Positions 1-8,970 of a DNA stretch of 64,000 nt are shown here, one piece after another. The stretch's first letter is position 1; each line of letters starts with the position of its first letter. The translations under genes and the position numbers were made by a program. The stretch is from an uncultured bacterium (lineage in GTDB: Bacteria > Verrucomicrobiota > Kiritimatiellia > RFP12 > CAIWXQ01): contig CAIWXQ010000008.1 of NCBI GenBank assembly GCA_903916675.1, forward strand, positions 48,270-112,269. Reading direction: 5' to 3'. The notes beneath the pieces are model-generated. The model did not search any database, had not been told where the DNA came from, and saw nothing but the letters and a program-made list of their open reading frames with translations.

Positions 1-562
1 GCGGATTGCGCAGAAGCTGGGCCAGAAGCGCCACCACGATTGCCGCGCCGATCCCCAGGATCAGGAAGGTGCTGGGAATGTCCGTCGTTTTCAGCAACCA
101 CTGGGTCAGTGGCGACATGTAGACCGCCGCCAGCCCCACGCCGCTGACCACAATGCCCGTGATCAGCCCTTTGCGTGCCGCAGGAAACCACTTCACCGCC
201 GCTGGCGTTGTCGCGCAGTAGCCCAACCCGATCCCGATGCCGCCGACCACGCCGAATGTCAGCACCATGAGGAACGGCTCGTGCGCCAGCGCCGAAAGGG
301 CCAATCCCAGCCCGAGCAGAATGCCGCCGGACATCGCCACCCAGCGCGGCCCGAGCTTGTCCTGCGCGCGGCCGGCAAAGACCATGGTCAGCGCGAAGGC
401 TGCGGTCGACATAGCGAACGGCAGCGCCGCCTGCGTCTTGTTCCAATGCCACTGCACCACCAGCGCCTTGCCCATGACGCTCCAAGCATACAGCACGCCC
501 AAGATCAGATTCACACCCAGGCCCGCCAAGGCCACTGTCCAGCCGCGCAGGTTCCCTTTCAT
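1..562 (-). CDS. MFS transporter, oxalate/formate antiporter-like; C-terminus cut by window edge
   Basis: Reverse-strand translation from the ATG at 560-562 gives MKGNLRGWTVALAGLGVNLILGVLYAWSVMGK..., a multi-TM MFS N-terminus. The ORF track does not list it because the stop lies outside the window. Confidence 0.65.
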   Translation of the reverse strand, partial: MKGNLRGWTVALAGLGVNLILGVLYAWSVMGKALVVQWHWNKTQAALPFAMSTAAFALTMVFAGRAQDKLGPRWVAMSGGILLGLGLALSALAHEPFLMVLTFGVVGGIGIGLGYCATTPAAVKWFPAARKGLITGIVVSGVGLAAVYMSPLTQWLLKTTDIPSTFLILGIGAAIVVALLAQLLRNP

Positions 563-697
563 GCCCCACCCCTTTCCGACGCTCCATCCGGCAAGCCCAT
601 TCAACAACATTTCCCGTACTATTCCGTTTTCCGAATCCGCCTGTCAAAGCTTTTCCCCCTCCCAACTTGACTGTCGTGGCGCCCACATCTACAGAAA

Positions 698-800
698 CCT
701 CTGTGCTCTCAACTCGCCTCTCTGAGTCCGCTGTGTCCAAACCGCTTGCACCCACCCATGCCTTCGTGCCCTTCGCTCGCCCTTCCCTCACTTCGTGTCC
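698..800. repeat. Tandem solo half-sites of the A-type (CTCTGTGCTCTC...GCTGTGTCC) and B-type (CCTTCGTGCC...CTTCGTGTCC) repeat arms in the uvrC upstream region
   Basis: Sequence at 698-738 and 761-800 matches the right arms of the palindromic elements at 2454-2572 and 30485-30600; no left arms are present. Confidence 0.4.
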
Positions 801-855
801 TCTCAATCTGGTGACCTACTTGACACCTGCCGCCCCAACGCCCGACACTGGAACC

Positions 856-2481
856 ATGACCGATGCGCTGCGCGAGAAGCTGCGGGACCTGCCGGACAAG
901 CCCGGCTGCTATCTCTTTCGCAGCCGTAGCGGCCGGATCATCTATGTCGGCAAGGCAGTCTCGCTGCGCCGGCGCGTGCAGAGCTACTTCCGCGCCCACA
1001 CGCTGCGCCACGCGCCGCCTAAACTGCGCAGCCTGGTCAACAGCGTCGTGGACCTCGACATCCTTGTGGTCCGCAACGAGGACGAGGCGCTGCTCACCGA
1101 GAGCCACCTCATCAAGCAGCACCGGCCGCGCTACAACATCCTGATGCGCGACGACAAACGCTTTCTCGCGATCCGCGGCGACCCGCGCGACCCTGTGCCA
1201 CGTTTTACTACCAGCCGCCTCGTGCGCGACGACGGCGCCCGCTACTTCGGCCCCTTCCCCTCCGACACAGTTGTGCGCCTCACGCTCGATTTCGTCGAGC
1301 GCCGCTGGGGGATCCGCAAGTGCCCGCCGCTCGTGCCAGACCAGGAAACCTACGCCCACTGCATCAACGACATCGTGCGCTTCTGCTCCGCACCCTGCGT
1401 CGGCCGCATCTCGCCCGAGGAATACCGCGTGCGCTTCGCCGAGGCCTGCGCGTTCCTGGCCGGCGAGCGGGTGCAGATCCTGTCCGAAGTGGAGGCGCAG
1501 ATGCTGGCTGCGGCCGCGGCCCGCCAGTTCGAAAAGGCGGCAAAATTGCGCGACACGTTCCTGGCGTTACGCGAGATGGTCCGCCGCCGCGCGCGCGTAG
1601 TCGCCACGCCGGAGATGCGCGCCGATGACGCCCGCCGTGGACTCGACCAGCTCCGCGAACTGCTCGACCTCGCGGCGCCGCCGCGCGTGATCGAGGCGTT
1701 CGACATCTCCAACATTCTCGGCTCGCTCGCCGTGGCCTGCATGGTCTGCGCCGTGGACGGCATCCCCGACCGCCGGCGCTACCGCCGTTTCCGCATCCGC
1801 ACCGTGCCCGGCGCCGACGACCCGGCCATGATGGCGGAAGTGGTCTCGCGGCGGTACCGCCATGGGAAAGTACAAAACAAGGACACAGAGATCATAGAGG
1901 AAGACAGAGATCACAGAGATCGCCCGAACTGCGGTCGGTATTCCGGCCGCAGCAAATATGCTCTGTGTCCGCCATCTTCCTCTGTGCCCTCTGTGTCCAC
2001 CCCCTCGTCGCTCTTTTTGCCAGACCTTGTTCTGGTCGACGGCGGCGTCACGCAGGTTCGCGCCGTGCGCGCCGCGCTGGCCGCGTTGGGGCTGGGCGCC
2101 CTTCCCGTCGCCGGTCTGGCCAAGGAGCAGGAGGCCATCGTGCTGGATAACGGCCAGCCTCCGCTCGTGCTGGCGCGCAATGCCCCGGCGCTGCAGGTGC
2201 TGCAGCGGTTGCGCGACGAAGCCCACCGCTTTGCCATCGACTATCACCGCCGGCTGCGTAACCGCCGTATCCGCGAATCCGCGCTCGACGAAATTCCCGG
2301 CATCGGCCCCCACCGCAAGCAGACACTCTTGAAAACCTTTGGCTCCGTCTATCGGCTCGCCCGCGCACCAGTGGCGAAGATTGCCGCCGTTTCCGGCATC
2401 GGCCCGGAACTTGCCGCTGCCATCCTCCGCGCCGTGGGCAGCGAGAGGCCTTTGGACACAGGGGCCACTGAGGAAAAATGA
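856..2481 (+). CDS. uvrC: Excinuclease ABC subunit C (UvrC), carrying an in-frame ~45-aa insertion
   Basis: GIY-YIG motif (GCYLFRSRSGRIIYVGKAVSLRRRVQSYF), a UVR domain, the RNaseH-like endonuclease domain and C-terminal HhH repeats. The start is chosen at MTDALREKL. The segment between RRYRHG and PDLVLVDGG is about 45 aa longer than in canonical UvrC. Confidence 0.9.
   Translation: MTDALREKLRDLPDKPGCYLFRSRSGRIIYVGKAVSLRRRVQSYFRAHTLRHAPPKLRSLVNSVVDLDILVVRNEDEALLTESHLIKQHRPRYNILMRDDKRFLAIRGDPRDPVPRFTTSRLVRDDGARYFGPFPSDTVVRLTLDFVERRWGIRKCPPLVPDQETYAHCINDIVRFCSAPCVGRISPEEYRVRFAEACAFLAGERVQILSEVEAQMLAAAAARQFEKAAKLRDTFLALREMVRRRARVVATPEMRADDARRGLDQLRELLDLAAPPRVIEAFDISNILGSLAVACMVCAVDGIPDRRRYRRFRIRTVPGADDPAMMAEVVSRRYRHGKVQNKDTEIIEEDRDHRDRPNCGRYSGRSKYALCPPSSSVPSVSTPSSLFLPDLVLVDGGVTQVRAVRAALAALGLGALPVAGLAKEQEAIVLDNGQPPLVLARNAPALQVLQRLRDEAHRFAIDYHRRLRNRRIRESALDEIPGIGPHRKQTLLKTFGSVYRLARAPVAKIAAVSGIGPELAAAILRAVGSERPLDTGATEEK
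1881..1998. repeat. Palindromic MITE/REP-like element, A-type copy 1, inside uvrC
   Basis: Left arm GGACACAGAGATCATAGAGGAAGACAGAGATCACAGAG and right arm CTCTGTGTCCGCCATCTTCCTCTGTGCCCTCTGTGTCC are imperfect inverted repeats around a ~40 bp loop. The arms are made of 10-bp subunits. Confidence 0.6.
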
Positions 2482-2572
2482 GAACATAGAGAAGACCGTA
2501 CGCTGCGGCTTTCGGCCGCGGAACGACAACACACTCTGTGCTCTCATCTCCCCCTCTGCGCCCTCTGTGTCC
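2454..2572. repeat. Palindromic MITE/REP-like element, A-type copy 2, overlapping the uvrC 3' end and stop codon
   Basis: Left arm GGACACAGGGGCCACTGAGGAAAAATGAGAACATAGAGAAG and right arm CTCTGTGCTCTCATCTCCCCCTCTGCGCCCTCTGTGTCC. The left arm aligns with the left arm of the intergenic copy at 52204. Confidence 0.6.
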
Positions 2573-2633
2573 CTAACCCTGTCTTATCCTTTCTTTTCTC
2601 CGCCTGTGGTTCGCGCTATCCTTTCCGCATTAC

Positions 2634-4484
2634 TTGCACATGACATCTCTACGGCAAAAACTCCGCTGGATTTTCCCCACCCTGCATCCCGGTGACGGCT
2701 GGCGCACGGGCATGGTTCTGGCACTGTTTGCCGCAGGCGTGCAGGTCGTGTTTCTGCTGGAGACCGCCGACGCGTTCTTCTACCGCTACCCCGTCGTCGA
2801 TGCTGCCACCTATTACTACCAGGCGCTCGGCATCCAGCAGGGGCAGGGCACGGCCGGCGTCTTCTGGCAGCCGCCAGGGTATCCGCACCTGCTGGCGATC
2901 TTCTGCACTCTCGGCCACGGCAGCGTGTTCGTCGCCCGCGCCGCACAGGCGCTGTTACTGGCGCCGCTGACCGCGGTGCTACTTTGGCGCGTCGGCCGCC
3001 GCGTGCTACCGCCGGTCTGGTCCTGTGCCGCTGCGCTGACCGCCAGCCTGACCGGTCCCCTGCTCTTCTACCAATCGCAACTGCTCGCGGCCGCGCCGGC
3101 GGCCGCGCTCGTACTGGCCGCACTGCTGCTGGCGCTACGCGCCATGGAACAGCCGTCCCTCTCCCGCTGGCTGTTGGCCGGTGCGGCAAACGGCCTTGCC
3201 ATGCTGTTCGTGGCCACCACGGCAGCGCTGGTTCCGGTGCTGGCATGTTTTGCCTGGACAAATTCCTTATGCGGGCGGGACGCCCGCGCTCCCAGGTCCC
3301 ACGTAGTTGCGCTGCTGTTGGGAATGCTGCTCGTGGTGACACCCGTGGCCTTGCGCAACTATGACGTCTGCGGCCGATGGGTTTGGGTCTCGAACAACAG
3401 CGGCATCAACTTCTACATCGGCAACAACCGGAACTGGGATGTCTCGCTCACCGTGCAGCCGGGTTTCGACTGGGAAAAACTCCTGCGCATCCCCTATCTG
3501 CAACACGGCGCCCGGACACCGGTCGAAGCCGACAGCTATTTCAGCCGCATGGCGTGGGTGGAGACACGACAGGCACCGGTCTCGTTCGCCACGCGCCTGG
3601 CGCGCAAGGCGCTGGCCTTCTGGCACGGCCGTGAGCTTCCGCGCAACCTCGACATCTATGGCTGGCGCGCAACCTCCTATTTGCTGGCGGCGACGGTCTG
3701 GCGTGCGGGAATCTTCTTCCCCTGCGGCCTGCTTGTGCCGCTGGCGCTGGTAGGCGCCTGCGCCTTGCGGCGCAACCGCGCCGGCGCGCTGCTGATGGCC
3801 GCAGCTGTGGCGTTCGGCCTGCTCGTGGCGCTCTACTTTCCCTGCTCGCGCTACCGCGTGCCGATCCTGCCGGTGGTCGTCCTGCTCGCCTGCGCCGGCG
3901 TCAAAGCCCTGGCGGACGCGATCCGCTCAAAAGCCTGGCCGCAGGCCGGCACGCTGGTGGCGCTGGTGCTGGCCGCTGGCCTGACGGCAAATTTGCCGTT
4001 CGCATGGCCGACCGATTCGATCCGCTACGATGCGCACCTCTGGAACGCTCTCGGCGTGGCGGCGGATGTCCGGGGCGATCTGGCTACAGCCAAGCATTGC
4101 TACGAGGAGGCCGTGTACCGCGATCCGACATTGGCAGACGCGCGCTTCAACCTCGGCTCCGCGTTTACACGCCAGCACGACACCCCGCGCGCCGAGGCCT
4201 GCTACGAAGCGGCAATCGCCGCACGGGCCGACCACGACAAGGCACGCGTCAACCTGGCCATCCTCCTCGCGGAGCGTGACGAGATTGCCGGCGCGCTGCA
4301 CCAGCTCGTTATGGCCGAGACATTCAACCCGCTCAACGCCGAGGCGTTCGCCAATCATGCCGCCGTCCTCCAGCGCGTCGGCCGCAGCCGGGAGGCGCTG
4401 GAGATGCTCGCCCGCGCCGCAACGATCGACCCGGGCAAATACCGGGGCAAATGCCAACGAATGGAACAGGCGCTGAGAAAATAA
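2634..4484 (+). CDS. Polytopic membrane protein with C-terminal TPR repeats (GT39/ArnT-like glycosyltransferase family)
   Basis: About 12 predicted TM helices in the N-terminal 430 aa, followed by TPR-like repeats (AKHCYEEAVYRDPTLADARFNLGSAF...). Confidence 0.55.
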   Translation: MHMTSLRQKLRWIFPTLHPGDGWRTGMVLALFAAGVQVVFLLETADAFFYRYPVVDAATYYYQALGIQQGQGTAGVFWQPPGYPHLLAIFCTLGHGSVFVARAAQALLLAPLTAVLLWRVGRRVLPPVWSCAAALTASLTGPLLFYQSQLLAAAPAAALVLAALLLALRAMEQPSLSRWLLAGAANGLAMLFVATTAALVPVLACFAWTNSLCGRDARAPRSHVVALLLGMLLVVTPVALRNYDVCGRWVWVSNNSGINFYIGNNRNWDVSLTVQPGFDWEKLLRIPYLQHGARTPVEADSYFSRMAWVETRQAPVSFATRLARKALAFWHGRELPRNLDIYGWRATSYLLAATVWRAGIFFPCGLLVPLALVGACALRRNRAGALLMAAAVAFGLLVALYFPCSRYRVPILPVVVLLACAGVKALADAIRSKAWPQAGTLVALVLAAGLTANLPFAWPTDSIRYDAHLWNALGVAADVRGDLATAKHCYEEAVYRDPTLADARFNLGSAFTRQHDTPRAEACYEAAIAARADHDKARVNLAILLAERDEIAGALHQLVMAETFNPLNAEAFANHAAVLQRVGRSREALEMLARAATIDPGKYRGKCQRMEQALRK

Positions 4485-5794
4485 TCCCCATGCCTTCGTG
4501 GACCGACAAAGCCGACCTCGTCATCTCCTGCGCCCGCGGCCTGGCTCCCTATGCCGCGCAGGAACTGACCCAGCTCGGCTACGCCATTGGCGAAACCGGC
4601 GAGACGATGGTCTCGGTGCGCGGGTCGCTTTTGGACGCCATGCGGCTGAACCTCTGGCTGCGCACCGCGCACCGCGTGCTCTGGCCGCTCGGAGCGGCAC
4701 AGGCGCGCACGCTCGACGAGATGTACGCCGTCGTGAAGCGGATCGCCTGGGAGGACTGGCTCGAGCCGGACGGCTATTTCACAGTCAACACCGCAGTCTG
4801 GACCGAGTCGATCCGCGACACGCGCCTGCCGGCGCTGCGCGCCAAAGACGCCATTGCGGACCGCATGCGAGAGGCGTGCGGCCGGCGGCCGGATGCGGGA
4901 CCGGAGTTCACCGGCGCGGCCATTTTCGTCTACTGGCGCGAGCAAGATCTGCGCATCTACCTCGACACCACGGGTGAGCCGCTCTCGAAGCGCGGCTACC
5001 GCAAGCTCCCTGGAAAGGCGCCACTGCAGGAGACGCTCGCCGCAGCCTGCATCCTCGCCACCGGCTGGGATAGCTCGACACCGTTTCTCGCGCCCATGTG
5101 CGGCAGCGGCACGCCTGCCATCGAGGCCGCACTCATCTCCCAACGCCGCGCGCCGGGCATCTTCCGCGACCGATACACGTTCATGGGATTGAAGGGGTTT
5201 CGGGCCACAGAGGATGGCATGAGCCCAAAGAGAATAACCGGCGCAACGGCGCAGGGCGCCGCCGGCCCATCCCCCTCTGCGCCCTCTTCTTCCCCTCTGC
5301 GCCCTCTGTGTCCAAACACCTACTGGCAGACCTTGCGCGCAGAGGCGCGGAAGCAGGAGCGTGCAGAAGGGCTACCGCCAATCATTGCCACGGACATCGA
5401 TCCGCTGGCCGTGGAGATTGCCAAACAGAATGCCGAGGCCGCGGGCGTGCAGGAGAAGATCGAGTTCGACGCCTGCGACTTCGCCTACACGCGCATTCCA
5501 GCCAAGCCGGGCGTGGTTTTTCTGAATCCGGAGTACGGTGCGCGCATGGGTGACGCCGCGGAGTTGGGGAATCTCTACTTCCGCATCGGTGATTTTTTCA
5601 AACAGCGCTGCTCCGGGTGGCGCGGGTTCGTCTTCACCGGGAACCTGGAACTCTCGCGCAAGATCGGTCTGCGCAGTGCCAGCCGCAAGATTTTCTTCAA
5701 TGGCCCCATCGAATGCCGCCTCGTGGGATTCGAGCTCTACGATGGGACGAAACGCAGGGACAAGGGCGCGGAAACAGATTCGTCCGGGTCATAA
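4451..5794 (+). CDS. THUMP-domain class I SAM-dependent RNA methyltransferase (RlmL/YcbY-like), carrying an in-frame repeat insertion
   Basis: THUMP region and SAM-MTase motifs (LAPMCGSGTPAIEAA, IATDIDPLAVEIAKQNAEAAGV, VFLNPEYGARMG). The start could instead be the Met at 4490. A low-complexity insertion (ATEDGMSPKRITGATAQGAAGPSPSAPSSSPLRPLCPNTYWQT) is encoded by a repeat element. Confidence 0.7.
   Translation: MPTNGTGAEKIIPMPSWTDKADLVISCARGLAPYAAQELTQLGYAIGETGETMVSVRGSLLDAMRLNLWLRTAHRVLWPLGAAQARTLDEMYAVVKRIAWEDWLEPDGYFTVNTAVWTESIRDTRLPALRAKDAIADRMREACGRRPDAGPEFTGAAIFVYWREQDLRIYLDTTGEPLSKRGYRKLPGKAPLQETLAAACILATGWDSSTPFLAPMCGSGTPAIEAALISQRRAPGIFRDRYTFMGLKGFRATEDGMSPKRITGATAQGAAGPSPSAPSSSPLRPLCPNTYWQTLRAEARKQERAEGLPPIIATDIDPLAVEIAKQNAEAAGVQEKIEFDACDFAYTRIPAKPGVVFLNPEYGARMGDAAELGNLYFRIGDFFKQRCSGWRGFVFTGNLELSRKIGLRSASRKIFFNGPIECRLVGFELYDGTKRRDKGAETDSSGS
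5203..5313. repeat. Palindromic MITE/REP-like element, A-type copy 3, in-frame inside the rlmL-like gene
   Basis: Left arm GGCCACAGAGGATGGCATGAGCCCAAAGAGAATAACC and right arm CCCTCTGCGCCCTCTTCTTCCCCTCTGCGCCCTCTGTGTCC around a GC-rich loop. Confidence 0.6.
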
Positions 5795-5871
5795 TTGTGC
5801 CATCCGGCGATTCATCCTCCGGTTCTGGTGGCGCGTCGTGTTCAGCTCCGGCCCTGGTGCTCCTGACCCAC

Positions 5872-8067
5872 TCATGTGCAACGCAGGTGCGCAACCTCAG
5901 CGATGTGCACGATTGGCATGGTCATCACGGCGTATCCGCCCACCACCGTAAAGGGAATTGTTTGTTTTGCCCGCAACAACTCGACTGACTTGAGTTGCCG
6001 TCCTTCTGGTATCAGCACTCTGGCCTCCACATTCGGAACCGGCAGAAAATCCTGCCGCATGCGGCCGACGGTCGCATCCTTGAACCCGACATTGGCGCAG
6101 ATCCAGAGTGCCAAGTCGCCTCCGGGCGCACGACGCAGCACCCCGTAAACCCCCTGGGGCGCGACAAGGCTAAACGGCTGCGGCGCGTCGACCCCCAAGT
6201 AGCGAACCATGGACGCCAGCATCCTACGCAGCGAGAGTATGCGGGTGGCCACATACTGCGCCTCCATGCTTCCAGCCACGTATATGGCCCGTCCTCGTCC
6301 GTATTGATTAACGACGATTGCGGCCCCAAGATTTTCCTGCGACTCGAGATTGCTTCCTTCTGCCAGAACAGTTGCTCCCGGCCAAGGTGTAACGGGAACC
6401 AGCTTCGAGTCACCCATCACAATCCTGCCCTCGTGATAGTCTCCGAGCGCCGGGTGCGATTGGGTAACCTGATAAAAGGTATCGGTCTGGCCATTCGGGG
6501 GCTCCCCTTTCATGTCCACACCCAGAATATCCCTTAATGCTCCGCCATCCCGCCGCAACTCGCCCTTGCCGTTGTAGAGTCCTGAATCATATGTGGCCAG
6601 CAGACCCCCTCCCTCCCTCACCCAATCAGCCAGCAGGCGGGCATCCTCGTCGGTAATGGCGGATGCCCCGCAGAGCGCAATGACCCGTTGACTCCTCAGC
6701 CACTCCGCGCTCAGTTCCGTGCTGGGATTGACATCGAAGCCGATGCGCTCATCGAGCATCACCAGTGCGAATCCTTCGCTCATCGTCACGTTCCAGCTCC
6801 GGCGATTCGTTCGCCAGAGCTCAAGAGACTCCGCGGTGGGGACGATGGTCAGGTAGGATTCCGGAACGCTATCCTTGAAGAGGTGTTCGGCTCGCTGCGC
6901 CAGGGCGAAGACTTCCTTGACCGGCTCCGTACTGCCGTCCCCAATCCCGTACAGCAGGCGGTTGACCGTGCAATACAACGGCATGTTCCCGCCTGCCAGG
7001 TCCGCAAACCCCTCCATCCGGATCTCGTCCCCATCCTCCAGGTTCATGCAGTGCGGCGCCCAGGGACGGGCATGCTGTGGCTCTCCATTGGCAGCCACGT
7101 CATAGCTACCCATATACGTTTGAGCCAGTTTTTGGGTGGGCCTGGCCATCGACGACCCCATCATCGCCCGCAACAGGCGCTGGTAAAACTGCTGGCTGTA
7201 CTCCACCATGAACCCGTCCGAGTATCGATACTGCCTGTGGAATGTTCCGGGCTTCCAGGTAGCACCATTGTGGCAAAGGATGAATTTTCCGCTCCCGTGG
7301 ATGATCCTGCGGAGGTCGGTCAGATCCTCTTCGGTCAGCTTGTTGGCCCAGTCGGCCCATGCTACCAGCGCCTTCCTGTCCACTTTGCGCGGCAAGCGCA
7401 ACAGGTCGCGAACGTTGCGAAGCCGGTCGAGATCCATGCCGCTGAAGTTCGCGAAGTTGGTACGGCAATTCTCGCAGAAACAGATGTCCCGGTAGCCGCT
7501 GGGCGCGTCGAAGTAGACGCCGTCGATGTCATGCTCGCACAATTCGCGTGCCAGTTTACGTATCATCTGCCGATACGCATCCCCCGTGGCGCAGGTCTTG
7601 ACTTCCTCCGCATTGCCGTATCCCCAATCCTGCCCACAGGGCCTTCCTTTTGCGTCGCGAAGCGCGTAAGCAGCATAGCGGGTATCCTTGACCAGCGCCT
7701 TGTCCATGCTGTTGGAGAGCACGCAGTAGCAATACAAGTGAAGGCCCGCACGCCGGCACTCTTGCGACACTTCGTCTATCAGATCCCTGTTACCCAGTTC
7801 CGGATAGGTTGGAAAGACCTTGCTCGGATAGCTGGCGCGATGTCCGATCGGCTGGAATCGCAGCACGTTTCCGCCAATCTCAGCGGCAAGATCAACAATG
7901 CGCCTAGCATCAAAATCCGTTACCTGCGGAAACACCGGCGGGCAATAGCCCTCAAAATAGACCGTTCGCGAATACCGTAGCCATTCCGGTGCGCAATACG
8001 GATCAGCTGGCGGGTTTTTCCCTGGAAAAACAACGGCGACGGGGGAAGTTGGCGTGCCCGGTGTCAT
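5872..8067 (-). CDS. Putative glycoside hydrolase (GH42-like TIM barrel with a beta-galactosidase-trimerisation-like C-terminal domain)
   Basis: 730-aa ORF. Motifs include DGVYFDAPSGY and a C-terminal ThuA/GATase1-like segment (GGLLATYDSGLYNGKG). The start is chosen at the internal Met MTPGTPTSP. Confidence 0.45.
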   Translation of the reverse strand: MTPGTPTSPVAVVFPGKNPPADPYCAPEWLRYSRTVYFEGYCPPVFPQVTDFDARRIVDLAAEIGGNVLRFQPIGHRASYPSKVFPTYPELGNRDLIDEVSQECRRAGLHLYCYCVLSNSMDKALVKDTRYAAYALRDAKGRPCGQDWGYGNAEEVKTCATGDAYRQMIRKLARELCEHDIDGVYFDAPSGYRDICFCENCRTNFANFSGMDLDRLRNVRDLLRLPRKVDRKALVAWADWANKLTEEDLTDLRRIIHGSGKFILCHNGATWKPGTFHRQYRYSDGFMVEYSQQFYQRLLRAMMGSSMARPTQKLAQTYMGSYDVAANGEPQHARPWAPHCMNLEDGDEIRMEGFADLAGGNMPLYCTVNRLLYGIGDGSTEPVKEVFALAQRAEHLFKDSVPESYLTIVPTAESLELWRTNRRSWNVTMSEGFALVMLDERIGFDVNPSTELSAEWLRSQRVIALCGASAITDEDARLLADWVREGGGLLATYDSGLYNGKGELRRDGGALRDILGVDMKGEPPNGQTDTFYQVTQSHPALGDYHEGRIVMGDSKLVPVTPWPGATVLAEGSNLESQENLGAAIVVNQYGRGRAIYVAGSMEAQYVATRILSLRRMLASMVRYLGVDAPQPFSLVAPQGVYGVLRRAPGGDLALWICANVGFKDATVGRMRQDFLPVPNVEARVLIPEGRQLKSVELLRAKQTIPFTVVGGYAVMTMPIVHIAEVAHLRCT

Positions 8068-8202
8068 TGCGGGATGGAGGTACGAAGCAGTACGAGGCGA
8101 GGGTCGCGGCCTCAAGGTCGGCGCCACCTTGTGTGGCACAGATTGACGGCAATCCAGGAAGTTTGTCCACAGGAAAAGAAAAATCTGCCCAGCATCCGGA
8201 AC

Positions 8203-8961
8203 TTACACCAGAGACGCCACATCCGTCGGCAGTGGCACGGTAAACGTCATGGTTTTGCCTGTGTGCGGATGGCGGAAGATCAGGGACGCGCCATGCAACG
8301 CCATGCGGCGGATCGGAGAATGTTTGTTGCCGTACGCCGGGTCGCCGACAATCGGAAACCCCTCGTCCGCCAGGTGCACGCGGATCTGGTGCTTGCGACC
8401 GGTCTCCAGCCGCACTTCGACCAGGGTCCGCTGCGGCGAGCGTTTCAGGACCTTGATGTGCGTCACGGCCCGCTTCCCTTTGGCCGGATCGCGGGTCGAA
8501 TAGCAGCGGAACGCTGCGTTTTCTGCCAGGAGCGATTCGACCGTGAATTCATCGCGTGGGATGCGCCCCTCGGTAACAGCCAGATACGTGCGCCCAGCTG
8601 AATGGTCTTCGAACTGCTTCTGTAAGGCAACCTTGGCCTCCGGCGTTTTGGCGAAAACAATCAGCCCCGATGCCTCGCGATCGAGCCGATGCACGATGAA
8701 GATGCGGGCCGCGCGGAACCGCCGCACGTGCTCCGTGAGCATGGCATACGCCGTGCGCTGCCGCTCCTTCTCCGTGGCAATAGTCAGCAGGCCGGCGGGC
8801 TTGCAGATCACAATCAGGTCCTGATCCTCGAACAGAAGTTCGATATCCGAGCGGCCGACAAAGTGACGGCGGGGTCTGGCTGGCTTGGCTGGCAAAATAA
8901 CCCTTTCCGTGCGTAATGTGCAGTGACTACCGGCCGTAGCTACAAAATCCTCTGTGTCCAA
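8203..8961 (-). CDS. RluA-family pseudouridine synthase
   Basis: LIVICKPAGLL, HRLDREASGLIVFAKT and TYLAVTEG motifs. Confidence 0.8.
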   Translation of the reverse strand: MDTEDFVATAGSHCTLRTERVILPAKPARPRRHFVGRSDIELLFEDQDLIVICKPAGLLTIATEKERQRTAYAMLTEHVRRFRAARIFIVHRLDREASGLIVFAKTPEAKVALQKQFEDHSAGRTYLAVTEGRIPRDEFTVESLLAENAAFRCYSTRDPAKGKRAVTHIKVLKRSPQRTLVEVRLETGRKHQIRVHLADEGFPIVGDPAYGNKHSPIRRMALHGASLIFRHPHTGKTMTFTVPLPTDVASLV

Positions 8962-8970
8962 CTCGCTCGT

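Noticed and set aside
667-855. Upstream in-frame extensions of ORFs (uvrC from 667, speA from 12838, pyrF to 12642, the rubrerythrin gene to 40414, the tgt fusion to 33870, the substrate-binding protein to 51138).
   Set aside because: The N-terminal extensions lack family similarity and have low-complexity composition. Internal Mets coincide with the canonical N-termini ([56 protein letters not shown]).
6688-7980. Long antisense or overlapping ORFs listed in the six-frame track opposite confident genes (for example 6688..7980, 8923..10284, 13684..14889, 15771..17009, 22133..23365, 23408..25498, 44854..47061 and 56361..58376).
   Set aside because: At about 66% GC, stop-free frames are common. 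Each of these overlaps a gene with clear family motifs on the other strand and has an Arg/Ala/Gly/Pro-rich low-complexity translation.
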